NCBI GenBank assembly: GCA_026770705.1
Contig: JANJGN010000011.1
Location: 71,982,001-72,046,000, forward strand
Source of the DNA: Isurus oxyrinchus
Taxonomy: Eukaryota
Reading direction: 5' to 3'
Length of the DNA stretch: 64,000 nucleotides
Position 1 is the first letter of the stretch, and the number at the start of each line of letters is the position of its first letter. Shown piece by piece: positions 48,530 to 61,598 of the stretch. The notes below the pieces were generated by a model, which was not told where the DNA came from, made no database searches, and saw only the letters and a program-made list of their open reading frames with translations. The position numbers and the translations under genes were made by a program.

Positions 48530-49430
48530 TGGAAGATTCCTGCCTAGGATACAGATCAGCCATGATCACATTGAATGGCACAACAAACTCATGTCCCGGA
48601 GAGTACACTCCAGTTTTGCTGCACAGCATGGAAGAGACAGCTGTTATGAGTGATAAGCCCAACTTGATTGATGGAAAGAATGGATGTTATGGGCTGTCTC
48701 CAACGGTGGCAGGGACCATCATGTCTCACCACCCAACTCAAGTCATGCATCCCCTAACTAGTGAGGTGCTGACCCGCCATGGTCCATCTGCTTCAAAGGT
48801 TCCTTGGAGTTTAGAGTTTCTCCTAAACAAGTGGACCAAATCCATTGCACCAGGCAAACAAACAAAAAGAAAGAAGATGCCAAAATTTTGATTGGCAAGC
48901 TGGAACTTCAGGACCATTCGCACTGAGCCAACTGATGACTTGCAGCTGGTCGATAATGCATGCAAGACAACTGTGATCAAACATGGAGCTTGGTAGGCTG
49001 ACTATTGACATAGCCTCCCTACAAGAGACGAGACTCACCTCAAGTTGATTTCTGAAAGAGAAAACATTACACCTTCATCTGGGGGAGGAGTTCAAAGGAA
49101 ACACATGAATAGTGTAGGCTTCACTGTAAGAAACTCATTACTCTCAATGATAGCACCCCAAACAAATGGTTCAGAATGTTTTCTCTCTATCTGCCTGTCA
49201 ACTCAAACAGGCCTAGGGTATCAGGACCTCAAGAATATCTATGCTCCAAGGCTGTGCTCCACTACAGAGGTGAAAGGAGCTTAACACTCCTATGGGAAGA
49301 ATTTCTAAATCAGAACATTTTTACCTACTTGGGAATTTCAATGTAAGAGTGAGCATAGGCCATGAGGCATGGTCCTCCTGACTCGGGACATCATGGCTTG
49401 TGAAAGATAAATGAGAACAGGCAATGTTAT
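48530..49430 (+). mobile_element. RTE-type LINE 5' portion (APE endonuclease start)
   Basis: LASWNFRTI...ELGRLTIDIASLQETRL, VGFTVRN, IYAP and LLGNFNVRV, read across frameshifts. Confidence 0.8.
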
Positions 49431-49501
49431 GAATATGAGGTTTTATAAGATGGTTATGTTTTAGACTGTCTCTTTTGATTTAGGGTAAAATAGAGTGCCC
49501 T

Positions 49502-50131
49502 GGGGTGAATTTTCTCCCTGTCGGGGGGGTTGGGCAGGAATGGGCATGGCCACCCATGATCGGTTGCGCGCCGCCATTTTACATGGGCTGGCCAGTTAAG
49601 GCGCACCCAGAAGGGAGAATAGACTGAGTCAGGGCCTGTGCTCTTTTGCGGATGTGCGTGAAAGAACACAGAAATCTCCCTGAGGCACAGAGCTGCCTCA
49701 GGGAGATCAGTCTGATTTTTAAAAATTTTAATAAAGACAAAAAAAAAATGTTTAAGACATGTCCCCTCATGTGACAGCGTCACATGAGCTGGGACATGTC
49801 AATGAACTTTAGTAAAAAAAAATTATTAAACTTTAAAAACCTTCATGAAACCTCATTCCACCCATGGATGAGGTTTCATGATAAATGCGAAGGCCATCTG
49901 GGCTCTTCGCCTGCCCACCAACATTAAGGTTGGGTGGGCAGCTCGGTTAAGTATTTTAATTGATATTTAAATGCCTTAACAGGCCTTTGACAGCTCGGTG
50001 GGCACGCAGCTGACTCCAGTGTGCGCCTGCCGAACTGAATATTTGAATGACACGCCCGACATCACTGTGCGTCATTTTACGCGTCGGCAAGCAGGGGCCC
50101 GCCCCCGCTCACCAACCCAAAGATTCTGCCC
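49502..50131. mobile_element. Harbinger-type MITE
   Basis: Termini GGGGTGAATTTT / AAGATTCTGCCC. Internal palindromes (CTCATGTGAC...GTCACATGAG; AAACCTCAT...ATGAGGTTT). Homologous to 61599-62297. Confidence 0.8.
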
Positions 50132-51039
50132 TTGGAAAAGTGGGATAGTGTGAAGTTGTATTGGACTCTGCCCAGCAACAGGCTAGGTGATGGTTACCAT
50201 GGGGACACAAGGCCCAGGTCAAGATTGACAGAAACCCAAAGTGCCATATTTCACACCTGAATAAAAAGAGAGAGGCAGATGTTTTTGCTTTGACTTAAAG
50301 ACTCCCAGGTGTCCTGATTTAAAAACCCTGGACAGAGAGAGAGAGAGAGGGAGACAGTATCTTGGAAAGTGACCAGGACAGCACTGCTGTGGTCAGCAGA
50401 GGCTGTTTTCTCCCACATTAGGACCTTGCTCACTTTGAGGAGTGTGCCATTGCGCTGACTGGTGAGCACATGGATTGTGCCTGTAGTGACTGTGAGGTCG
50501 GCAGCGAACACCCTTGTGAGGATCCTGCACCACATCATCCCTCTATCAGTGCAAATGTGAGCACACTCTCTTCTGCTTTTGACTGTGCCACCATGCACTA
50601 ATTATCTCTATTTTGGTTTACAAGGAGCTTTGCCAAGCAACTGATGCCCTTAGCCAGCCAGTTCCTCAGCTCCATCCAGGTCCTTGCCTCCAGCCAAGAG
50701 GCTTCCTCCTCCATTGAAGAGTTGGAAATAAGCAGCCTAGAAGGTTCATCACAGTGCTTACCCACATCCTCCACCAGCACAGAGACACACACCTCCATGG
50801 GACCTAGATCCAGAGCAGACTCGGGTTCACAATCTGGCAGTCACCACACGGATACGTGTCCGCAGCAGGAGGAGGCAGGTTCAGCAGAGCTCCCTGGCAC
50901 TAGGAGGACTGCTGGGGTTCACTTTCAGTCGTCCATCTGAGCTGATCTGCATCACTGCCCACCCACTGACCACACTCCCATGCAGCACCTGCTCTCACCC
51001 ACCACAAGTCTTGTTTCACTTTTGAATTAGACAGCATGG

Positions 51040-51872
51040 TGGTGATTCAGTTTTTTATTCACTTCCGTGTCCTTTCCCCTTGCCCAGTCACCCATTTTCT
51101 TTCCCCCATCACTGTTAACCTCCCTGGCATCACCTTTCACCTCTCCTCCAATACATGCCAGCCACAACCCAATTCCTTCGGGAATGTCCAGGTGAACGTG
51201 CACGTTCACTTCCTTCCCAAAATCCCATCTACATCTACATTAACCTCCCTGACTTCCTCCTTCCCACCACAAGGTTCAGTGCCTGCCTCCGAGGCCCAAC
51301 TAATCACCCTCGCCATTCCTTCTACCATTACCGTCACACCCTCACCCTCCCACCCTACCACATCACTCTGCCTTTGGTCATTCTCATCATTCCCTTGTAC
51401 CACACCCACCCTCAATTCGTTCCCCAGGGGGCAGTCATGGATTCATCAAAGACCTCCCTTGCACATTCATTTGCATTTCCCCCACTCCAGACCCCTTCCC
51501 CCCTCCGGACCGGACCCCCTTCCCCCCTCCGGACCTTTTCCCCCCTTGGAATCCCCTCCCCCCCTTGGAACCCCCTACATCTTTGGTACCCCTTCCCCCT
51601 TGAAACCCCTTCCCCCAGTCCCAGACTTCCCCCACTTAGGCCTCCCCCCTCCGGACTCCCCCACCCTCCCACTTAGTCCTTCTCCCTTCCAGACTCCTTC
51701 AGACACCCTTACTTCTTCCACCAGCTTTAGTCCTTCCTCTCCAAATCTTTCTTCCAACCTTACTTCTTTCTTCACCCTTACTCCCTTCCCTCTCCACAGT
51801 CCTTCTTCCCGCCCGGACTCCCATCCCTCTCCGCACTCCTTCCTCCCTCTAGACTCCCCCCCTCTCTCCACT
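51040..51872. repeat. C/pyrimidine-rich low-complexity tract
   Basis: Imperfect CCCCTTCCCCCCTCCGGA-like repeats. The 281-aa Pro/Ser ORF is compositional. Confidence 0.8.
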
Positions 51873-52789
51873 CTGTTGTGATCCGGCAGATGATGTGTGC
51901 CAGGCGGATCAAATCCACGAGGGAAACTTGATCGTGCTATCACAATGATTTTGCAATTTGTATTTACTTCAAGATGCATGCCCTGAATTCAGAGGTAATA
52001 AGTCCACCAAAACTTTAGAGACTTTTTAAAAACTAAAATTAAAATATTTATTAACAAAAGAGAAGATTTCAAGCACATACATAGAACTACAAATTACTAT
52101 TATAATAACTCCTAAAATCCCTAATTAACTTGGCCCCCCGTTACACCCCCTTTAAGACAACGGTCCAAAAATAGATTTTAGATTTTAAACAGACCCAACA
52201 ACTTAACACAATACCCTGGGTACTGGAATTCAAACTGGCTCTCTCCAGCTTCGGTTTATGTTGACAGCAGGTTTATGCACAAATGCTGGAGGCTTCATAA
52301 AGGCTATTTCACACACTCCTATTAGATCTTACAATGCCTTCCTCTGACACATAGCCTCATTTTCCTTTAAATATGTTTTTCCCTTTTTAATATGTAAATG
52401 TTATTGTTTCATAAGTCTTTAAAACTGTATCTTCCTCATAACATAAAAACTTTCATGTTGTCACTATATTGTCAATAACCCTTAAGAAAAACAAACACAT
52501 TCCTTAGCTTGCTTGTCTGGCTATTTGTAAAGAACCTAAAATCCCTTTAAAATCCAAATCCCCTTTCATCTATCTAAAAATAGAAATTCCTGTCACACCT
52601 TCCCTGCTAAGACCCCAGCCATGTTTTCCTACTTAATATTTCAAAGACACTTCCACACCTTACTTCTTGAGATAACTTCAAGGGCAGAAATTTTCGCTTG
52701 GCGGGAGGGTGTACACTCGGTGGGTGGGCGCACGGCCAGCCTGCTCAAGCGTGAAATAATGCGCATTGAATTCAGCCAAGCATGCTTCA

Positions 52790-53353
52790 GCTGTAAATGG
52801 ACAGACTCACATTTGTAAAGAGTTTGATTTGACCATCAGCATCAGGAAGACAGAATCATGGCCTAGGATCTTGCCATACTGCCATCAATCAGCATTGACA
52901 AAGTAACTCTGGAGGTTGTTGATAACTTCACAGATCTAGGCTCCACAATCCGCAGCAATCTGTCACTTGATCAATACACACATTGTAAAATCTGCAGCTG
53001 TTATGTCTAAGTTGAGTAAGAGAGTGTGGAACAACAGCAACCTGACAGAGAACAGCAAAGTCTCTAAGTCTACCAAGCCTGCATTCTCAGTGCACTCCTC
53101 TACAGTAGTAAGATCTGGCTAGGCAGGAGAAAAGGCTGAACAATTTCCATCTCCACCATGTTAGATGTATCCTTGGCAGGATATGGTCACCAATTCAAAA
53201 ATCCTGGAGCATGCTAATTCTCTCTGCATACACTTATTGCTAAATCAACAATGCCTGTGCTAGCTTGGCCCTGTTCATCAGATGGATAACCCAAAGTCTT
53301 TCTGTTGGATGAACTGGCTACTGTTGGACATCCGTACTTCCCTACAAGGACAC
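52790..53353 (+). mobile_element. RTE-type LINE, RT C-terminal part
   Basis: CKEFDLTISIRKT, TLEVVDNFTDLGSTI, LSKRVWNNSNLT, YQACILSALLYSS, ending at YKDT. Confidence 0.8.
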
Positions 53354-56300
53354 TCATAGACTCATAGACGTCTACAGCACAGAAGGAGGCTATACAACCC
53401 ATTGTGTCCATGCCGGTCAACAAAGATCTGACTATACTAACCTCATTTTCCTGGAGGCTATGACAATGCAAGTGAATTTCTAAATACTTCTTAAATGTTA
53501 TGAGAGTTTCTGACTCAACCACCACTTCAGGCAGTGAATTCCAGACTCCCACCACCTAAGGATGAAAACATTTCTCCTTAACTCCCCTCTTAGCCTTCTA
53601 TCTCTTACCTTAAATGTATGCTTCCTGGTTACTGACCCCTCTACTAATGGAAAAACTGCCTTCCTATCCACCCTATCCATGCCCCTCATAATCTTATACA
53701 CCTCTATCAGATCCCCTCTCAACCTTCGTTGCTCCAAGGAAAACAATCCCAGCCTATCCAATCTTTCCTCATAGCTCAGACCCCCATGCCCAGGCAGTAT
53801 CCTGGAAAATCTCCTCTGCACTCTCTCCAGTGCAACCACATCCTTCCTATAATGTAGTGATCAGAATTGTACGCAGTACTCCATTGTGGCCCAACCAGCA
53901 TTTTATACAGTTCCAGCATAACCTCCCTGCTCATGTATTCTATGCCTCGGCTAATAAAGGCAAGTACTCCAAATGCCTTCTTAATCACCTTATCTACCTG
54001 CTCTGCTACCTTCAGGGATCTATGGATATACACACCAGGGCCCTCTGATTTTCAGTACTTTCCAGGGTCCTACCATTCATAGTATAATCCCTTGCCTTGT
54101 TATCCCTCCCCAAGTGCATTACCTCACATTTTTCCGGTTTGAATTCCATTTGCCACTGCTCTGCCCACTTGATATCCTCCTGCAATTTACAGCTATCATC
54201 CTCATTATTTACCCCCTACCAATTTTCGTGTCATCCGTGAACTTATTGATCATAGCCCCTACATTTAAGTCCAAATTATTTATGTACACCAGAAACAGCA
54301 AGGGCCCCAGTGTCAAGCCCTGTGGAAACAGACTTCCAGTCACAGACACATCTCTCTACCATTACCCTCTGCTTCCTGCCTATCAGCCAACTTTGGATCC
54401 AATGTGCCACTTTGTCTTGGATCCCACGGGCTCTTACTTTCTTGACCAGTCTGCCATGTGGGATCTTATCAAAAGCCTTGCTAAAGTCCATGTAGACCAT
54501 ATCAAATGAAATACCCTCATCAACACTCCTGGTTACCTCCTCAAAAAATTGGATCAAATTTGTCAAACACGACCTTCCCTTAACAAATCCATGCTGACTA
54601 TGCCTGATTAATCTGTGTCTCTTCAAGTCCATATAAGAATTCTTTCTAGTAACTTCCCCACCACCGAAGTTAGATTGACTGGCCTGTAATTTCTTGGTCT
54701 ATCCCTTCCTCCCTTTTTTAATAATGGGACAATGTTAGCAATCCTCTGGCACCTCACCTGTGGCCAGAGAGGATTTGACAATTACTGCCAGGGCCCCTGA
54801 TATCTCTTCCCTTGCCTCCTTCAACAGCCTGGGATGCATCTCATCCGGGCCTGTGGATTTATCCACTTTTAAGGCTGCTAAACCGGCTAGGACATCCTCT
54901 CTCTTGATGTTAATTTCATATAATATTTCACAGTAATCCACCCTGATGTCCAAATCTGCGTCATCCTTTTCCATTGTGAAGACCAACGCAAAGTATTCAT
55001 TAAGGACTGTACCCGCATCTTTTGAGTCCACACACAGATTACCTCTATAGTCCCTAATTGGCCCTACTCTTTTCCTAGGTATTCTCTTGCTCTTTATATA
55101 TTTAAAAAAAAACCCTTTGGACTTTCCTTTATTCTACCCACCAATGCTTTCTCATGCATTCTTTTAGCTTTCTTAATTTCCTTTTTAAGATCCCCGCTGC
55201 ACTTTTTGTACTCCTCTAGGGACTCTGTCGTATTCAGCCCTTGGAATCTGCCAGAAGTTTCTCTTTTTCTTAATCCTAACCTTTATGTCCCTTGACATCC
55301 AGGGTTCTCCAGACTTGGCCCCCGCTTTGTCTTTATGGGAACATATTTTCCCTGTCCTCTCACTATTTCCTCCTTGAATGCCTCCCACTGCTCTGACACG
55401 GTTTTATCTGCAAATAGCTGCTCCCAGTCTACTTAGGCCAAATTGCATCTCATCTTAGTAAAATTAGCCTTTCCCCAGTTTAGAATTTTTATTCCTGGCC
55501 CAACGTTATCCTTTTCCATAACTATCCTAAATCTAACTGAGTTATGGTCACTATCTCCACAATGCTCCCCTACTGATACACCTTCCATCTGCCTGGGCTC
55601 ATTTCCAAATATTAGGTCCAGAACTGCCCCCTCCCTTGTTGGGCTTTCTACATACTGACTAAAAACATTCTCCTGGATGCAACTTAAGAAGTTTACTCCC
55701 ACCCTTCTTGCATGCTAAAACTATCACAGTCAATATTTGGGTAGTTAAAATCCCCTACTATTACTGCCTTATTATTCTTACACATCTCTGAAATTTGATT
55801 ACATATTTGATCCTCTATCTCTCCCTGTTTGGGGGCCTATACTACACATCCAACAGCGTGTTTGCCCTCTTTTGTGTTTTTTATTTCTACCCATATGGCT
55901 TCATTTGATGATCCTTCCAAGATATCATCTCTCCTCACTGCTATAATTGATCCCTTGATTAATATTACAAACTCTTCTATCCCCCTCTCTATCCCATCTG
56001 AATACCCTATAACCAGGAATGTTGAGCTTCTAAGACTGTCCTTTTAGCCAAGTCTCGGACAAAGCTATGATATCATACTCCCACATGCCCATCTGTGCCC
56101 TCAGCTCATCTGTCTTATTCCTCAGGCTCCTTGCATTAAAATATATTCCGTTTAGCCTTGCTAAACTCTCTTCTTTCTTATCTAGCCTGTGTTTCCTCTG
56201 CCTTCCAGACTAACTCACTAGTGTTTTAATTTCTAATTCCATCTCAGCTTCTCTCCTCTCTGAACTACTTTTCAGGATCTCACCCCCCCCTGCCAAGTTA

Positions 56301-57392
56301 GTTTAAATCCATCCCAAAGCGTTGGCAAATCTTCCCGCGAGCATATTGGTCCTGTTCCTGTTCAGATGCAACCTGTCCAACTTGTACAGGTCCCACCTCC
56401 CCCAGAAACGGTCCCAATGCTCCAGGAATCTAAAGCTCTGCCTCCTGCATCATCTTTCCAGCCACGCATTCATCTGCTCTATCCTTCCGTTCCAATGCTC
56501 ACTACTGCATGGCACTGGGAGTAATCTGGAGAAGTCCTGCTTTTCATTTTCCTGCCTAATTCCCTAAAGTCAGATTGCAGGACCTCATTTCTCTTTCTTT
56601 CTATGTCATTGGTCCCAACGTGGACCATGACCTCTGGCTGTTCACCCTCCCCCTTCAGAATGCTCTGCAGCCATTCCATAACACCCTCAAACCTGGGACC
56701 AGTGAGGCAACATGCCATCCTGGAGTCACGTCTATGGCCGCAAAAGTGCCTAACTACTCTCCTCACTAATGAATCCCCTACTACCACAGCCCTTCCACAC
56801 TTCTTCCTCCCACTCAGAGCAGCTGGGCCCCCACAGTGCCATGGCCTTGGCTCTGGTTGACCTCCAGAGAGGAACTGTCACTCTCACTGTTTTCCAAGGC
56901 CGAAAAATGGTTTGAAAGTGAGGTGTACTCAGGGGATTCCATTACTACTTGTCTGGTCCCCTTCTTCTGTCTGGCGGTCACCCATTCTCTCCCTGCTGCT
57001 CAAGCTCTAAAACCTGCACACATGGTGATCCAGACCGCCAGGAGAGTCTATAATTTCCCATATAGCACAGGATGTGCAAATCATGGGACTGAGCTCCCCA
57101 GACATATCTTAACTGAATAGAATAAGACCCTTGCTTTTATTTTACCCTTCCTCCTACTTGAGTATAGACTAGGTGCTAGATCCTCTAGATAGACTAGGTC
57201 CTCTAGGTGCTGTGGCTGCCTGTCCTAGGGTCCTCCTTTCGCACTCTCCTCTCGTTGCTGCTACTGCCTGTCCCTGGGTCCTCCTCCCGAATTCTCCTCT
57301 AGGTGCTGCTGACTGCCTGTCCCAGGGTCCTCTTGCACTCTCTCTAAGTGCTGCTGACTGCCTGTCCCAGGGTCCTCCTCTCACACTCTCCT
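53354..57392 (-). mobile_element. Near-full-length degenerate CR1 LINE (ORF1 SGNH esterase; ORF2 APE-RT)
   Basis: ORF1: VVGDSLVR...VHVGTNDI. APE: YVESPTREGAVLDLIFGN, GDSDHNSVRF. RT: SQHGFVKGRSCLTNLIQFFEEVT, VYMDFSKAFDKIPH. 3': LFSLEQRRLRGDLIEVYK and an octamer tail (GTCTATGA)n at ~53354-53369. Confidence 0.93.
57168..57392. repeat. ~44-bp tandem repeat in the CR1 5' region
   Basis: About four imperfect units of CTCTAGGTGCTGCTGACTGCCTGTCCCAGGGTCCTC...CACTCTC. Confidence 0.85.
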
Positions 57393-57640
57393 CCTGCCTG
57401 CGAGATATGAATATGACGGACACTTACACTGACAGGCAATTGTCAACGGCTGTGACCTCTGGAGGCTGACTGTCTAAAGGGGCATTGGAAGAGGCGAGCA
57501 GAAGCAGGAAGCCCATCTGGTGGAGAAGAGGGTGCAGAGAAAACAGGGGCCAGCGAAACCTGCATCTTCTCAGTCCAGTGTCTTCACCTGCAGCAAATGT
57601 GGCAGAGACTGCCATGCCAGAGTGGGCACACAAACTGGCC
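57393..57640 (+). mobile_element. RTE-type LINE extreme 3' end with zinc-finger-like motif
   Basis: Resumes CLRDMNMTDTYTD after the CR1 and ends VFTCSKCGRDCHARVG. Confidence 0.75.
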
Positions 57641-59167
57641 TGGAAAGGAACTATGGCATAAAACTTAAGGCTGTGGTGATCTTAAATTTATTCAGTTGTT
57701 TGTAGGTTGGGCTGCAGCAGATGACATGACTTAGTCACCGAGCTGCAGTGAAGTGAAGGCAACAAAGTCAAGTGTCCCTGGAGATGTCCAAGTATGACTG
57801 GTGTGGTCAGTAAACAAGAATCCTGAGGTTATGGCAGATGTCTTTGCATCTTGCAGGTGATGGCCCATCAAGATTAACCAGCAGTGTGAAAGATGGCATG
57901 ATGAGTGTCATCCTCCTAACCTAAGATACTATTTGCAACACTGCAGCTATTTAATACGTTAAATGCAAGTGAAGCAAAACAAAAGTAATTATTGTACAAG
58001 AACGCAATTCCAAGGGACACCCCCCAAATAAACTTGCAAAATGATTAATGTACAGACTGAAAAATGCTGCCATTGAAAATAAAGAAGTCTTGAACAGCTA
58101 AAATACATTCTAAAAGGCTCTACTGAGAGATTCCAATGTTGTGGGTAGAGCATCATCCAATTTCAAACAATTAAATGTGGGATCTTATTTGAATACTTTA
58201 AAAAGGACTTGCACATAACAGGAATGTAGCATCCTTGAACTGGACCACCCCCAATCATATCTTACAAAACCAACCACACTGAGAAGCAGACACACAAGGT
58301 TAAGTGCCCAATTTTCATCTGCTCTGCAGTCATACCAGAGGCCTGGAAAATTGGAGCATTCATATTGCTTATTGTATTATCAATTGTTCATGTCTGTTCA
58401 TAGCCTTTGCAATTGTCCCTGTAGGGATTCCTTTCAAGTAAGAGTCTCAGATTCTGCCTGTATACTCGAGGGGTATGAATTGTATGTCTGATTCCAAATC
58501 AGTCAGCATGCTGTTGGAACTGACTTGTGACAGCTCTTGAGTTATCGAAGATAATTTGATGTTATTTTGCTTCTGTTTCAATTTCAAAGCAGCAAGTGAT
58601 GTAAATGCAGGATGAGCTAAGGCTAATGCAGAACTATGCAAATATTCAATTTCCTCCATTAACTTTGCAAGGTGGAAATTGTAATGTGTAATAGTCTGGA
58701 GGTAATAACCAGAATTTTGAGACATTATTTGAAACAAGGACCATGAATCAACTAAAATTTAATCTCCTCCTTAGCTAGGAAAGTGGTGATTTAGTCATTT
58801 GGGATGTAGATAATCATAGATATAAATCTATCATTTATGAATATATAAATATATGACATTTGACAGTGAATCATCTAAGGAACGGTATTTTACAGATTGT
58901 TTCAATAAGATACTGAACTATGTTCTTGCATATAAAATGTTCTGTTTTGCTAATAAAAAAGATTAATGAATGTTTTATACATATTATACAGTAAATCTTA
59001 AATTTTAATATACATTCCCATAACACGTATGCCTCACTTAGGACTATGCATCCAAGAGAAAAATGTTATATATACACACACACACTTTTTCCTTTAGAAC
59101 TGGCAACATAAAAGCATTTGGCTATTTGGCCAACTGTCTTTGCAAAACTTGAATGCAGGGAAATTTA

Positions 59168-60617
59168 GGCCAGGGTTTTCCATGCCCCCCCTGGTATTGG
59201 GCATGTTCACTGGAGTGAGCAGACAATATGGCGCGATTGGTTTCATGATGGCGTCAAACCAGTTTGCGATCGTCCTCTCAGCCTGCCAGTGGCGGACTCC
59301 AATTCCTGCCTTTGGACCTCAGGAACCTCATTGTAATACATCAGCATATCATTAGAAGGCCAGACTGCTGGACTCACATTCCCCCCCCTCCCTGTCGCTG
59401 GATCGTCTGTCCACGTTGGTGAGAAATCATGCCAACGTGTTTCACAACAGCACATAAGTAACCTGTACCTATCAAGCTGCACTTCACTTGGGACTTCAAG
59501 GTTTGTTTGCCAACCTTGCTTCAGTCAGCACTCGCAGTCGCTGGATCAAAATCCTGGAACTCCCTCCCTAACAGCACTGTGGGTGTACCTACACCACATG
59601 GACTGCAGCGGTTCAAGAAGGCAGCTCACCACCTTCTCACGGGCAACTAGGGATTAGCAATAAATGCTGGCCCAGCTAGCGGAGCCCACATCATGCAAAT
59701 GAATAAAAATGTCATCAGCGCCAGGCTTCACAAACAGCACCACATCACTTTTAGGGGGGGCTCATGGGTAGGTCTCTAACCACCAGATCAGCCATATATG
59801 GGTGGCTTTTCAATTGCTGCAGGACAAGGCCTTGTTTGGGGAAGGGGAGAAATAGCCTGAGGCAAGGGAAGTGGCTGCAGGACGAGAGCTGTACTGGGGA
59901 AGGAGGATATCCCAGGGGGTGTGTGGGGGCTCCTGTTAATCTGTGCAAGTGGCCTCAAGATGGTGAGAGCTGAGGAGGCAGTCTCCAGAGGAGATGAAGC
60001 CAGATGGACATGTGAGGGTATGTGTGTGAGAATGGGTGGTGATGTCCCTTGAGCTGGCAGTGAGTGAAATACCAGTGAATGTGTGATGGGCTTGAGTGTG
60101 TGAGTTTAGAGTGATGAGATGGTTGTCATATCCTGGCTGCAAGGATGAGATCATTCATCCTCCATCTGCATTGAATGGCCAACCTCTTCTGTGCAACATT
60201 GGCACTGACCATTGCTGCCATTGCCTACCAAGCTGGAGTGGTAATGTAGCTGCCCCTCCTGCAGCCAGAACTGGTGTACAGGACAGCACAGTGAGCCTCC
60301 ACGGCATCCAAAAGTTTCTTGAGGGCTGCAGTCTTCTTCCCTTTCGAGGCCATGTTCTCTTTGTTGCAGTCCTGGGCTGGAAGCACTGAGCATGGCTGTA
60401 CTTTAAATGTGGTGCCTGGCATGATAAAGCAGCGAGGTGATGGTGTGGCAGGTGAATGAGAGTCCGCTTGCCATGGAAATTGCATGTTTCCTGGGAATGC
60501 ATAATGCGGTGGGTTTGGGATGATATGGTGTGAAAGCCCACCATCGCGGCCTGTGGGTAAAACATCATTTTACCCACCCGCTACCACGCTTAGTGCAAAT
60601 CTGGGATGATTCCGCCC
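59168..60617. mobile_element. Internally deleted Harbinger element retaining the Myb/SANT-like gene remnant
   Basis: TTA TSD at 59165-59167 and 60618-60620. Termini GGCCAGGGTTTTCC / GGATGATTCCGCCC. Contains a LINE 3' tail at ~59540-59710. Confidence 0.75.
60130..60353 (-). pseudogene. Myb/SANT-like DNA-binding domain remnant
   Basis: MASKGKKTAA..KLLDAVEAHCAVLY...TTPAW*AMAAMVSANVAQKRLAIQCRWRMNDL fits the Myb_DNA-bind_5 pattern W..VA..VS......R...QC..R.NDL. Confidence 0.8.
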
Positions 60618-61598
60618 TTAATGTACCCAAATATTCTGAGGTGTGTGGCAATAGAGCTGCTGGCTCTGAGTTCCTAGAAATGAAAGCTAATGCATAACTT
60701 TGATGAGGTTTCTGAAAAGAACGCTCTTTGAGTGGAGATGAATCCAAACAAACTAAATGTTCATAGCAAGGCAGATAAATTTTTGTCCACACTTAGCTCA
60801 CAAGATAACAGTCGGGCAGCTGTTTTTATAATGATTATTATGCACTGTGAAATTAAACTGATTGTATTTGCATTCTTACACTTGATTTTGGACACAAATG
60901 GACAATAAACACTAGTTTACATGCTGGATACATAAGAAACTGATAAGCATGATGCATTAGATTATGTGGTGTGTTTCTAATATGACAGGAAAATCAATAT
61001 TGTAATGGTGAAAAATATGATTGTGTTCATTTTGAATAAACTCATTAACTGCACTAATTTGTGATGTCCACATTAAACAGAATAAGTTCTGCACAGTTAA
61101 TAACAAACTGCAGATGTAACCACATGTCTTCCATTAAAATAATTAAAATTCAATTGGAATAGAAATTGAACATTAAAGGGTAAAGTTCTATGTACAGAAT
61201 TGATCAGACAGAAGTTTGTGCCTGGAGGTGGCAGCTCCATATACACTATGACTAAGATTAGAGGGAAAGGTTGTACAAATAACTCACTATCAGCTGGACT
61301 AATGCATGCTGCTGTAGTGAAGTTAGCCAGTGCTGATAGCACTATTCCTTTTGGGCTGCCATGACACAAAAAAAGTTAGCGTGAATTCATTAACTAGGCA
61401 GAGATACAATTTTATTTCTATATAAAGGGACATTGTTTATTTCTTGGGGAGATTTAAGGCAGGTCAAATTCTCCCAACAACGAGGGACCTCTTATCTTAA
61501 CCTTCTGAAAAAGCACCATGTTATCCATTGGGCGTATATATATATTTGTCATTGGATCGGAATTCACTCTATGTTATTTATGTAACTACAAACATTAT

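Noticed and set aside
51036-51881. 281-aa Pro/Ser-rich ORF (and similar ORFs at 7-715)
   Set aside because: Open only because C-rich low-complexity DNA lacks stop codons.
51873-52680. Possible solo LTR starting TGTTGTGATCC
   Set aside because: No matching end, TSD or second copy could be identified.
57168-57392. CRISPR-like repeat array
   Set aside because: Tandem units without unique spacers, no cas genes, and a vertebrate LINE context.
53348-57424. GGACACT as the CR1 target-site duplication
   Set aside because: The second copy lies within the resumed RTE coding sequence, about 25 nt past the junction, so it is coincidental.
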